Origin: a virus
Length of the DNA: 34,204 nucleotides
Strand: one strand, 5' to 3'
UHGV virus genome: UHGV-1976995
Shown: positions 1 to 7,790 of the stretch, piece after piece
How the letters are laid out: every line of letters starts with the position of its first letter
Position numbering within the stretch: the first letter of the stretch is position 1
The notes under the pieces: generated by a model
What the model was told of the DNA's origin: nothing
Database searches by the model: none
Seen by the model: the letters and a program-made list of their open reading frames with translations, nothing else
Translations under genes and position numbers: made by a program

Positions 1-68
1 CGGACGTCCAGGCTGCCTATACGCTCTCTGATTTCTTTAATCAGTTCTTTGTCGGTTAAAGTGGTCAT
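1..68 (-). CDS. hypothetical protein, 5' end only (gene continues beyond the left edge)
   Basis: ATG at 68..66 overlaps the TGA stop of the upstream nuclease-like gene (ATGA coupling); open frame reads MTTLTDKELIKEIRERIGSLDV to the window edge. Confidence 0.3.
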   Translation of the reverse strand, partial: MTTLTDKELIKEIRERIGSLDV

Positions 69-580
69 GCTGCGTTTCCTTCTTTCTTATTAACAATTAC
101 ACCGTCATATATTTCATTAAGGTGTCCTCTTAGCTCCATGCGCCTTAATGCAGATAACATGTAATCGCATTCAACCTGCTTATTCCCAGTAAATGGCTTA
201 TCGTCAGGATTACCCCAACAGCAATTACCCCTGGGCCATCCATGTACTTTCCGTACTCTTCCGTTAACAACGTGAAGTAATCCCCAGCCGGGAGGTAAAT
301 CCTCAACTGAAATAATTTCCGGCTCACTAATAAAGAATCGCCAGTCGCCCATGCCAAGTGAGGGATTTTTACGGAAACGCTTTTTTCTATCTGCCAACAA
401 GTCAGCACGAGAACACTTCGCCTCTATCAGGCATGATGCTGAATTTCTGAACCCCATAGCATCTGGCTGTTCTCCGGTACTGGTTACAGCTATAAAGCGG
501 TCATGAAAACAAACCTTGAACCCGTTGCGCTTAAGGAACTTGTACGCAATTTGACAGAGTTCGCGGTGTGTTAACGCCAT
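65..580 (-). CDS. PD-(D/E)XK nuclease-like protein (MmcB-like)
   Basis: Track ORF 65..652 trimmed to the internal ATG at 580, which has an AAGGAGAG RBS 6 nt upstream; D...IEAK motif arrangement typical of PD-(D/E)XK folds; family call from memory. Confidence 0.5.
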   Translation of the reverse strand: MALTHRELCQIAYKFLKRNGFKVCFHDRFIAVTSTGEQPDAMGFRNSASCLIEAKCSRADLLADRKKRFRKNPSLGMGDWRFFISEPEIISVEDLPPGWGLLHVVNGRVRKVHGWPRGNCCWGNPDDKPFTGNKQVECDYMLSALRRMELRGHLNEIYDGVIVNKKEGNAA

Positions 581-581
581 A

Positions 582-770
582 TCACTCTCCTTTAGTGCGC
601 AAATGGTTTTTCCAGCGGTTTTGCGCCGCGCTGGGCTTTTTGCAAAAACCACAATCCATCATCCCGTAATATTTCATCAACCCCATCCGTCGGTTGCTGA
701 GTCTCACCCACTGCCAGACGCCAGGAGCGTTTCTACGAACTAACAGAATCTTTGCTTTACGGTTTTTCAT
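582..770 (-). CDS. small basic hypothetical protein (62 aa), MKNRKAK N-terminus
   Basis: Track ORF; ATG at 770 overlaps the stop of the upstream small ORF (ATGA); its stop lies 2 nt from the next start; contains a CGFC motif. Confidence 0.4.
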   Translation of the reverse strand: MKNRKAKILLVRRNAPGVWQWVRLSNRRMGLMKYYGMMDCGFCKKPSAAQNRWKNHLRTKGE

Positions 771-943
771 CTTACTGCGTACCCTTTCTTCCGCCTGTTC
801 TGTGACGCAGTAGGCTTACGCTTTGCGGCAAAAGCCACCTGACCAAATGGATGGAGTACCGCTATCTTATGGTTGCTAATAACCAGCTCCACCACACGCA
901 CAGGTCGCTGTAAAAAAAGTCGTTTTGCCTTACGGTTTTTCAT
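767..943 (-). CDS. small basic hypothetical protein (58 aa), paralogous N-terminus MKNRKAK
   Basis: Hand-translated (below the track's length cutoff); AGGAGAG RBS upstream of the ATG at 943; first 7 codons nearly identical to the ORF at 582..770. Confidence 0.35.
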   Translation of the reverse strand: MKNRKAKRLFLQRPVRVVELVISNHKIAVLHPFGQVAFAAKRKPTASQNRRKKGYAVR

Positions 944-1116
944 CGCTTTGCTCTCCTGCGTCTCTTTGCTGCTCGTCGTGCCGCTGCAATACCGGTATGG
1001 CGGCGCTTTGGTGCCGGGATGATGTTGTCAGCCATCAGGACATACGGCTTTGCAATTAGCGCAGAAGCCCAAAAACGAGTCGGGTACGGTAACAAGCCGA
1101 TACATGCCACACGCAT
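940..1116 (-). CDS. small arginine-rich hypothetical protein (58 aa)
   Basis: Hand-translated; strong AAAGGAGGTGA RBS; ATG at 1116 abuts the Ea22-like stop; stop overlaps the next start (ATGA). Confidence 0.35.
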   Translation of the reverse strand: MRVACIGLLPYPTRFWASALIAKPYVLMADNIIPAPKRRHTGIAAARRAAKRRRRAKR

Positions 1117-1730
1117 TACTCACCTCCTTTGATGCGAATGCCTGCGGCGCGGATTGCAGCGATGACTTCAGAAACTTTGTATGCCATTACCGTTTGGTAA
1201 TCATCGTGAAAATCTGTTCGATGAAGCATGCTGCTACGTTCCGGGAGCAGTATTTCCCGCTCCTCCAGTTCTGCTATGCGCTTCTCTGATGCTTCAAGTA
1301 ACGCCTGCTTATCGCGTAGCGCTTCTTCCAGTTCAGCAACATGGCACTCACTATCAATAAGGTTGTTCTCTGCGGATTCCAGCTCAACACGCAGCTTCCC
1401 TACCGTTAGCGCAATATCCTCGTTCTCCTGGTCGCGGCGTTTGATGTATTGCTGGTTTCTTTCCCGTTCATCCAGCAGCGTCAGCACAGTAGCCGGACTG
1501 GCTGCGGCGATGAATTCAGCATTGGCCTGCTGTTCCATTTGGAAATCTTCATCGAAACCGCTTTCAGGATGCGCTCCTTCAATTCTGCAAATGGGAAGAT
1601 ATCCAACAACGTCACGATGAATTAGCGCATCATCACAATCAAATCGGCTCTCTCCATATTCGAGCGACCATACACCACACGTTGCTTTTTCTGCCTTGGC
1701 ACGCAGTGCCTGATAGTCAATCTTGCTCAC
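1116..1730 (-). CDS. Ead/Ea22-like protein
   Basis: 204 aa with a central coiled-coil segment and a C-terminus resembling the lambdoid Ea22 family (recollection); GTG start preceded by AGGAGG. Confidence 0.55.
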   Translation of the reverse strand: MSKIDYQALRAKAEKATCGVWSLEYGESRFDCDDALIHRDVVGYLPICRIEGAHPESGFDEDFQMEQQANAEFIAAASPATVLTLLDERERNQQYIKRRDQENEDIALTVGKLRVELESAENNLIDSECHVAELEEALRDKQALLEASEKRIAELEEREILLPERSSMLHRTDFHDDYQTVMAYKVSEVIAAIRAAGIRIKGGE

Positions 1731-1971
1731 TGGTTGCCTCCTGCTTTTCTGCCTTCAACACCATGCGAGAACCATCATCCAGCTCCCACGCGATCTCACC
1801 ACCTTCAGCCATGACCAGTCGCCACACCAATTGAGCAGCCTCATTGGTAACATCACGACCTGGATCATTGCCAACGCGCATACGTCCACCTTCAACATCG
1901 CGCATTTTTGCCAGCATGATAGTTTTTGATAGCGGTGAAAAACCAAGCTGTAGTCGTGCTGAATTACTCAC
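1717..1971 (-). CDS. hypothetical protein (84 aa)
   Basis: Track ORF 1717..1992 trimmed to the GTG at 1971, which sits behind the same AGGAGGCAACCA block used by the next gene; GTGA overlap with the upstream stop. Confidence 0.4.
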   Translation of the reverse strand: MSNSARLQLGFSPLSKTIMLAKMRDVEGGRMRVGNDPGRDVTNEAAQLVWRLVMAEGGEIAWELDDGSRMVLKAEKQEATSEQD

Positions 1972-2168
1972 TGGTTGCCTCCTTTGCGCCACGTCGCATT
2001 CAGATATCTGTTGTCGTTAACAGAACCGAAACTCTTTCTCTTAAGCAATTCCTCTCTCGATGGCATTGGCTTTACGCGTTGGCGAATAATCATTTCTGCC
2101 GGAAGAATGCCGGGATTGTATGCAAGTCCTCTCATGGTAAATTCCTCAGTCATTACTGATAGCGCCAT
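1968..2168 (-). CDS. hypothetical small protein (start uncertain)
   Basis: Track ORF 1968..2288 trimmed to an internal ATG because the upstream part overlaps the 2146..2442 gene; no strong RBS; stop overlaps the next start. Confidence 0.25.
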   Translation of the reverse strand: MALSVMTEEFTMRGLAYNPGILPAEMIIRQRVKPMPSREELLKRKSFGSVNDNRYLNATWRKGGNQ

Positions 2169-2442
2169 AGCGTGAGCGGTAATTACGCAGGCGCGGGTCG
2201 ATATATTCAGGGAAGTTGGTATATGTGGCTTTGCGGAATGGTCGGATTGATGTCTGGTAAATTCGCTCGCGTTCTTCTTTCTCTGCAAGCCATATACAAT
2301 GGCGAAATTCCTTTTCCTCTTTCGTTTCCTGCGGTAGCGACATTATCCGGTCGTAGTTTTTCCTGAATTTATCCAGCACCTCCGATACGGAATTGCCGGA
2401 ACAGCGGCGCGGGTCATCCGCACCATACTGAGGCGCTGGCAT
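2146..2442 (-). CDS. conserved phage early protein, function unknown
   Basis: 98-aa ORF directly downstream of ssb in the same operon; compact spacing. Confidence 0.45.
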   Translation of the reverse strand: MPAPQYGADDPRRCSGNSVSEVLDKFRKNYDRIMSLPQETKEEKEFRHCIWLAEKEERERIYQTSIRPFRKATYTNFPEYIDPRLRNYRSRYGAISND

Positions 2443-2455
2443 GATTTTCTCCTGA

Positions 2456-2962
2456 TTAAATTGCGTGAATAGCGTGACGAGGGAAGGGGAGAGTTACTGG
2501 TGCAAAGGGTATATCGTCGTCAAAATCCATCGGAGGTTCGTTGTGTTGTGCTGGTGATGATTGCTGCTGTGGCTTCTGTGATTGCCTGCTGGCTGCTTGT
2601 TGTTTGCTGTCGCCAATGCTGCCAAGCATTTGCATCACGCCATTAATTCCGACATGAACCTCGGCTGTGTAACGGTCTTGCCCTGACTGGTCTTTCCACT
2701 TTCTGGTTCTCAGCATTCCCTCGAAATAAATCTGATCACCTTTTTTCACATACTGCCCCACGACCTCAGCCAGTTTCCCGGATACAGCAACACGATGCCA
2801 TTCAGTCAATTCCTTTTGCTCGCCAGTATTTTTATCTCGCCATTGTTCTGACGTGGCTATTGTCAGGTTAGCGAACGCTGTTCCTGATGGTGAGTATCGA
2901 ACTTCCGGGTCTTGTCCTACCCGACCAAGGATAATCACCTTATTTACGCCTCTGCTTGCCAT
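2456..2962 (-). CDS. ssb: single-stranded DNA-binding protein
   Basis: N-terminal OB-fold signature ([18 protein letters not shown]...WHRVAV), Gln/Pro-rich linker and acidic C-terminal tail ending DDDIPF. Confidence 0.9.
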   Translation of the reverse strand: MASRGVNKVIILGRVGQDPEVRYSPSGTAFANLTIATSEQWRDKNTGEQKELTEWHRVAVSGKLAEVVGQYVKKGDQIYFEGMLRTRKWKDQSGQDRYTAEVHVGINGVMQMLGSIGDSKQQAASRQSQKPQQQSSPAQHNEPPMDFDDDIPFAPVTLPFPRHAIHAI

Positions 2963-3670
2963 CTATGCCGCCTGTTTTAGTTCGTTAACTCTGATGTTCA
3001 TTACCTGAATGCATTTAGCCTGCGCCTCCTCGTTGCCAGCCATTAATTGCCAGTCACGCTGATAACGCTCGATGAGTTTTTTCTTGTCAGTTTCTGTTGA
3101 CGCATAATCGCTGAAGTCTTTCAGGATTTGTTCGCAGTCAACCGATGGAGATTTCTGGTTGGTATTTTCTGGTGATGGTTTGTTATCTGATGCTGGGATT
3201 GCCCATCCCGGCAGCGATGGAGGGGACCAGTAAAATCCTGTTCCATCCTTCAGTTTTGCCCTGTGCCACCCCTGCTTTTTATCGAGAGATGTTTGTGCGA
3301 AACCTTCCTCAAGGTTATACAGATACCGACCGATTCCCCACTGAACGGCAGCACGCTTCATTGCACCGGAACGACCACCTTTGACGGCTTCTACCTGCGT
3401 GTTTTCAGCAGCATCCCATTTGGTTACCCATTCGGAATCAATCTTGATTGATATGCCGCATTCAACTCCGCCGTTGTTGGGAATATCGCGGTATTCATTG
3501 CGCCATCCTGCTTTGCCGCAAACATCGTCCAGGCGTTTCATGATTGCCCGGTTCGTGACATAAGCCAGCACCATAGCCCACACCTTGCCATCGCGTGTTT
3601 TACCGCTTTGCTGTATTCGCCATTCGATATCTTCAGGGCTGAATGGCTCATCGAATTTGTTCAAATCCAT
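2963..3670 (-). CDS. single-strand annealing recombinase, Rad52/Erf-type
   Basis: 235-aa protein immediately upstream of ssb in a lambdoid recombination module; start 1 nt from the ssb start; family assignment from memory of Rad52-like phage SSAPs. Confidence 0.55.
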   Translation of the reverse strand: MDLNKFDEPFSPEDIEWRIQQSGKTRDGKVWAMVLAYVTNRAIMKRLDDVCGKAGWRNEYRDIPNNGGVECGISIKIDSEWVTKWDAAENTQVEAVKGGRSGAMKRAAVQWGIGRYLYNLEEGFAQTSLDKKQGWHRAKLKDGTGFYWSPPSLPGWAIPASDNKPSPENTNQKSPSVDCEQILKDFSDYASTETDKKKLIERYQRDWQLMAGNEEAQAKCIQVMNIRVNELKQAA

Positions 3671-3772
3671 AATTCACCTCAGAATGGACACGGCCCAAGG
3701 AAATAACGCTGATTTAATACTTCGACTCGGGACAAATTAAGGCATACCCGCATTCCTTCGCGGTCACCATTA

Positions 3773-3928
3773 TGGCGATACCAGAGAGCTTTCTGCGTGT
3801 ACATGCGTCTCTGTAACTTGCTCTCCTTCACTGTGGTTGCAAGTGACATGAATATCTCCTTCGTTACCGATTAATTCTTTCATCTGACGAATGAATTCTT
3901 CGTCTGACCAGTTATCTGTAAAACTCAT
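3773..3928 (-). CDS. small acidic hypothetical protein (51 aa)
   Basis: Hand-translated; ATG overlaps the stop of the kil-like ORF (ATGA); located directly upstream of the recombinase. Confidence 0.3.
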
Positions 3929-4077
3929 TTCCTGCGATACCACGGAAGGTTGATAGCTGATTTCATCGCTTTATTTGCTTCAAGCCACATTTTTGAATCA
4001 CCAATAAATCTGGCTATTACTGCTTTGTTCTGTGCAGCACGAAGCATCTGGTGATTGATGGCTATTTCATTGCGCAT
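3925..4077 (-). CDS. kil: Kil-like small protein (50 aa)
   Basis: Hand-translated; motif IARFIGDSKMWLEA resembles what I recall of lambda Kil (ATFIGDEKMF...EA); sits downstream of cIII as in lambda. Confidence 0.35.
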   Translation of the reverse strand: MRNEIAINHQMLRAAQNKAVIARFIGDSKMWLEANKAMKSAINLPWYRRK

Positions 4078-4193
4078 AATAAGACCTCAACTCTTTTCCA
4101 TCCGTCACGTAATTTACGGGTGATTCGTTCAAGTAAAGATTCATTTAGTTGGAAGGCACCCATGCGAGCGCCTCCCGCGATTGCGTAAATCAT
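4062..4193 (-). CDS. cIII: CIII-like regulator (FtsH inhibitor), 43 aa
   Basis: Hand-translated MIYAIAGG...ESLLERITRKLRDGWKR, closely matching the lambda CIII core as I recall it; AAGGAA RBS. Confidence 0.6.
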   Translation of the reverse strand: MIYAIAGGARMGAFQLNESLLERITRKLRDGWKRVEVLLCAMK

Positions 4194-4217
4194 GGGTGGT
4201 TCCTTATGTTGGTTTTA

Positions 4218-5186
4218 TTAGTAGGTTATTTTTGTTGCGAATACTTCGCCTTTTACGATGGCTGTTATGATATTTTTAGCAACATCTTCTGATGCGCCAA
4301 CCTTGATAAGGTCAGCAAGTATTTTGTTATTTACTTCTTTCCGGTGATCTTTATCCTTTGCTCTACGCTCTTCTTCGTCCTTGATTCTTTTTTCTTCTGC
4401 TATTCTGGCTTGCTCTTTTGCTTCAGCATCGCGACGGATTTGTTCAGCCTCCTCCTGTGCTTTTCTGCGTTCTGCTTCAATTGCTGCCTGCTTTTCTCTT
4501 TCAGCTCGTTCTGCTGCCTCTTTTGCTTCGCGCTGTGCTCGTTGCTCGGCTTCAATGCGTTCACGCTCTGCACGTTCTGCTGCGGCCTTAGCTTCTGCTT
4601 CTCGCCTTGCTGCTGCTTCAATTTCGGCTTTTGCCTTTGCTTCGGCTTCTGCTCTGGCTTTCTCTTCAGCTTCTCTTTTTAATCGTTCTTCATGCTCTCG
4701 CTTTTCCTGCTCCGCTTTGAGTCTTGCCTCTTCTCTTTGGCGGTCAAATTCGCGATCCATCAAAATCGCTATTTCATGGTCAGACTCAATTTGCTTTGCG
4801 AGAGCTTCAGCTGCTGCCTTAGCTTCTTCTTCGGCTTTAATCCGCGCCTGTTCTTCCTCATAATCAGTAAGAGGCTGGCGTGCCTTGGCTTTCAGCTCAT
4901 CAAGGCGATCACGCACTGTCTTGCGGTTGGCATCAATTAGCTTTGGAATTTCCTTCAGTTCAGCAACAAGGTCTTTGCCAAGACCATCGAGATATGTTTT
5001 CGTCTGCGCAACTTTATACGCCAGAGAAGCGATCTCCTTTCTGCCCTTTGCCGTTGTGATATCAGGCACAAAGGACATAACTTCACGTTCAACCTTTTGA
5101 AGGATTTCTTCAATCTGGTCGGAAGACTGAAATACAGTCATTGCATTTGCTTTTTCAATAACAACTAAATCTGTTACTTCACTCAT
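4218..5186 (-). CDS. coiled-coil protein with long EAKA/RERE charged repeat region (DUF1351-like?)
   Basis: 322 aa; globular N-terminus followed by about 170 aa of Glu/Ala/Lys/Arg-rich predicted helix; strong AAGGAGGA RBS. Confidence 0.6.
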   Translation of the reverse strand: MSEVTDLVVIEKANAMTVFQSSDQIEEILQKVEREVMSFVPDITTAKGRKEIASLAYKVAQTKTYLDGLGKDLVAELKEIPKLIDANRKTVRDRLDELKAKARQPLTDYEEEQARIKAEEEAKAAAEALAKQIESDHEIAILMDREFDRQREEARLKAEQEKREHEERLKREAEEKARAEAEAKAKAEIEAAARREAEAKAAAERAERERIEAEQRAQREAKEAAERAEREKQAAIEAERRKAQEEAEQIRRDAEAKEQARIAEEKRIKDEEERRAKDKDHRKEVNNKILADLIKVGASEDVAKNIITAIVKGEVFATKITY

Positions 5187-5220
5187 ATATCCTCCTTCGT
5201 TGTATTCTTTAAAAACGCTC

Positions 5221-5589
5221 TCAGGCGGCTTTGATAGTCATATCATCTGAATCAAATATTCCTGATGTGTCGATATCGGTAATTCTTATTCCTTCGCTAC
5301 CATCCATTGGAGGCCATCCTTCCTGACCATTTCCATCATCCCAGTCGAACTCACAAACAACACCATATGCATTTAAGTCTTTCGAAATTGCTATAAGCAG
5401 AGCATGTTGCGCCAGCATGATTAATACAGCATTTAATACAGCGCCGTGTTTATTGAGTCGGTATTCAGAGTCTGACCAGAAATTATTAATCTGGTGAAGT
5501 TTTTCCTCTGTCATTACGTCATGGTCGATTTCAATTTCTATTGATGCTTTCCAGTCGTAATCAATGATGTATTTTTTGATGTTTGACAT
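5221..5589 (-). CDS. acidic hypothetical protein (122 aa)
   Basis: Track ORF with GAGGA RBS; Asp/Glu-rich, especially the C-terminal third. Confidence 0.5.
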   Translation of the reverse strand: MSNIKKYIIDYDWKASIEIEIDHDVMTEEKLHQINNFWSDSEYRLNKHGAVLNAVLIMLAQHALLIAISKDLNAYGVVCEFDWDDGNGQEGWPPMDGSEGIRITDIDTSGIFDSDDMTIKAA

Positions 5590-5606
5590 CTGTTCATATC
5601 CTCACA

Positions 5607-5634
5607 GATAAAAAATCGCCCTCACATTGGAGGG
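5607..5634 (-). terminator. intrinsic terminator inside the early-left operon (tL-like)
   Basis: On the minus strand GCCCTC-CAATGT-GAGGGC followed by GATTTTTTAT. Confidence 0.4.
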
Positions 5635-5728
5635 CAAAGAAGATTTCCAATAATCAGAACAAGTCGGCTCCTGTTTAGTTACGAGCGACATTGCTCACAT
5701 AGCAGACTCGTAAATCTGCTATAGGCGC

Positions 5729-5887
5729 TTATTCGCATCGCATGACAACATCAAATTTTTCGAGATTACTTTGTCGCAACAATCCTTCTTCTACGCGGTC
5801 AGCTTTTCTATAATTATCAAATTCGAAATGTTTGATTACTTCTTTCGTTTCTCGCTCTATAACTTCAACAATGTATTTCTTATTCAT
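5729..5887 (-). CDS. small hypothetical protein (52 aa)
   Basis: Hand-translated; tandem ATGATG overlapping the TGA of the upstream gene. Confidence 0.3.
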   Translation of the reverse strand: MNKKYIVEVIERETKEVIKHFEFDNYRKADRVEEGLLRQSNLEKFDVVMRCE

Positions 5888-6183
5888 CATTCTTCCCCAA
5901 GAGCTTTTCTGATTGCTGCAAGACCTTTATTAACAGCTCCATACCATTCTGGATATGTTGTCGTTGTTCTATTTTTGGTTTGCTTAAGTAATAACTGAAG
6001 TGCTTCGAGAAGGTCAGGTGCTGCCGCTATTAGATTGGCATCTTCAATGCATTGAACTTCCTCACAGATTGCAATATACGAACGCCAGCCTGCGCCATTT
6101 TCAAGTGAGTCTGCCTGGATGATTTTAATCTCATCGCCATCCATCATTATTTCCCACTTACCTTCAGTACCTTTAAATTCCAT
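5887..6183 (-). CDS. hypothetical protein (98 aa)
   Basis: Track ORF; AGAGG RBS; acidic. Confidence 0.45.
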   Translation of the reverse strand: MEFKGTEGKWEIMMDGDEIKIIQADSLENGAGWRSYIAICEEVQCIEDANLIAAAPDLLEALQLLLKQTKNRTTTTYPEWYGAVNKGLAAIRKALGEE

Positions 6184-6222
6184 GTTAGCCTCTGTTGTTT
6201 ATGCCAAAAATAAAGGCCACCA

Positions 6223-6474
6223 TCAGGCAGCCTTGTTGTAAATGTTGCAGGTATCAAGTAAGTAATTAGATGGTGCGCCATAAATTATGAATTCATCGTT
6301 TGTCGGGTCCATCTCCATCTCTTGGCCTATTGCCATTCTTGCGTCAGTGTCATCAGCGGCGAAGCATAAAACAGCCCACGCACCCATTGTTTTAAAAAGA
6401 ACTGCAATTGGCTGTGGTTTTACTGAATTTGCGTTAGCGCGAAAATCACAAATCGCACTTTCATGAAATTCCAT
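6223..6474 (-). CDS. hypothetical protein (83 aa)
   Basis: Track ORF; GAGGTGAT RBS; first gene after N. Confidence 0.45.
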   Translation of the reverse strand: MEFHESAICDFRANANSVKPQPIAVLFKTMGAWAVLCFAADDTDARMAIGQEMEMDPTNDEFIIYGAPSNYLLDTCNIYNKAA

Positions 6475-6482
6475 ATATCACC

Positions 6483-6782
6483 TCAAATAAGTGGTTTGCT
6501 GCCTAATTTCATTTTCTGGCGACCAACACAAGTCACACCCATTTCACTGCGTGGCTTGCGGTAGTAAATACGATTCTGTTTACGCTCGACTTCTTCTGCC
6601 TTCTTGCAGCGAAGGCTTCCTAGTGATGCTGCTTTATCTGCTCTGACGCAACCAGAGAGCTTTAGCGCAATTTTTCGCGCCAGTCGCTGCTCTTGCATTG
6701 CCTGTTCACGTTGAGCCTGTCTGCGTGCTCTGCGGCGATTTCTGGCGTTATCGTCAGCCAGATATGTAATGACTACTGTCAT
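6483..6782 (-). CDS. N: N-like transcription antiterminator
   Basis: Arg-rich motif near the N-terminus (NARNRRRARRQAQREQ), the RNA-binding motif type of lambdoid N proteins; resembles phage 21 N from memory; GGAGGT RBS; downstream of nutL. Confidence 0.75.
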   Translation of the reverse strand: MTVVITYLADDNARNRRRARRQAQREQAMQEQRLARKIALKLSGCVRADKAASLGSLRCKKAEEVERKQNRIYYRKPRSEMGVTCVGRQKMKLGSKPLI

Positions 6783-7140
6783 GTTGACCTCCGATGATTG
6801 ACTTTGGCGGTGACGCGCCGGGTGCTTATCTTCCGGTTGCCGTCGTGCAGCTGCACTTCACGTCACCCCAAAGCCAACTACTCTTTGACTCACACTCTCG
6901 CAGTGAGCGCGCTCATGCCCTTGAGTCTCTGTCGCTTATTAGCCGCTGATAACCGGTGCGCGTCTGGCATTCGCGCTGCCTTTCCGGAGCATGTTCCCTT
7001 ATTTACCCTCACATCGGTCTGCTAAACCTGCTCGCCATTACGCGACTCGGGGCAGCATCATTACTGCTGCATTGCCTTTCGGCTGCGGTCTAACCGCGTT
7101 AGTGCACCATTACGGCACCTCCTGTTTGGTTAAACTCAGT

Positions 7141-7181
7141 TCCCGCATTTCGGCGGGACAATCCCATCAATGTTAAAGAGC
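7141..7181 (-). promoter_or_regulatory. nutL (boxA GCTCTTTAACA and boxB hairpin)
   Basis: In leftward-transcript sense: GCTCTTTAACA, spacer, then TCCCGCCGAAATGCGGGA, the same 18-nt hairpin as at nutR. Confidence 0.6.
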
Positions 7182-7224
7182 CTGCCAATCTGTTCCGTTT
7201 GGCTTCCAGCGTCCTGCTGATGGC

Positions 7225-7330
7225 TAAAGAATACTGTAGGTATTTTATTGTGTAAATACCCAAGGTATTTATTTTTGATGAAATAATGATAAACAAATGA
7301 ATACAAAGGATATTTATTTTTTCGCTGTCT
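7225..7330 (-). promoter_or_regulatory. OL/PL region: candidate operators and leftward promoter
   Basis: 17-bp dyads GAATAC-TGTAG-GTATTT (7229..7245) and AAATAC-CCAAG-GTATTT (7254..7270), 25 bp apart; weaker third site 7309..7325; candidate PL TTTACA-N17-TATTCT on the minus strand. Confidence 0.45.
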
Positions 7331-7400
7331 GCTTGTTCAGTGATTTTTATGCGGGATATGTGAAGTGGATCCCGATAGCTATTGCTGCCGGGATTATGGG

Positions 7401-7790
7401 TTAGTCAGCGAAGGTTAAGACGAGAATTACCTTAATGATGTCTGCTACAACAGACACGGCCATAGATAAACCAAAGACGATCCAAGCCACAGTGATGTCT
7501 TCACTACCATCGTATAGAGTTCCGTAATCACTGGTGTAAGGCGTAAATGTCGCGCCTTGATACAATAGGTATAAGCTTGATCCATAGAGGATAAATGCAG
7601 ATATCCCTTGTATTGCTATGATCACAAGAATCATGAAACGAGCTGATCTATGCGCCCAAGCCTGGCTTATTTTTTCTGATAGAGATTTCGCAATAAAAGC
7701 ATGCGCTAAGCCGTAAATTGTCGAGATTGCCAACATCCCAAAAAAGCTTGCTATAGCGGTTACAACCATAATCGCCCCTTGCGTGATCAA
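7401..7790 (-). CDS. integral membrane protein co-transcribed with cI
   Basis: 129 aa with about four hydrophobic helices; start overlaps the cI stop (ATGA); lies between cI and OL/PL, the position of rexA/rexB in lambda. Confidence 0.6.
   Translation of the reverse strand: MITQGAIMVVTAIASFFGMLAISTIYGLAHAFIAKSLSEKISQAWAHRSARFMILVIIAIQGISAFILYGSSLYLLYQGATFTPYTSDYGTLYDGSEDITVAWIVFGLSMAVSVVADIIKVILVLTFAD

Noticed and set aside
65-652. Full-length 195-aa reading of the nuclease-like ORF
   Set aside because: The upstream 24 codons overlap the preceding small gene and lack an RBS; the internal ATG at 580 has a canonical AAGGAGAG site.
4344-4940. Several long plus-strand ORFs (112, 160 and 82 aa) rich in Ser/Ala/Cys/Phe inside the coiled-coil gene
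   Set aside because: They are alternative-frame and antisense readings of the low-complexity EAKA repeat DNA; no RBS, and low-complexity composition typical of repeat artefacts.
6798-7296. Three ORFs (75, 61 and 65 aa) between N and the cI-linked membrane gene
   Set aside because: The interval contains nutL and OL/PL and is the untranslated leader of the N transcript; the ORFs have no RBS and overlap each other.
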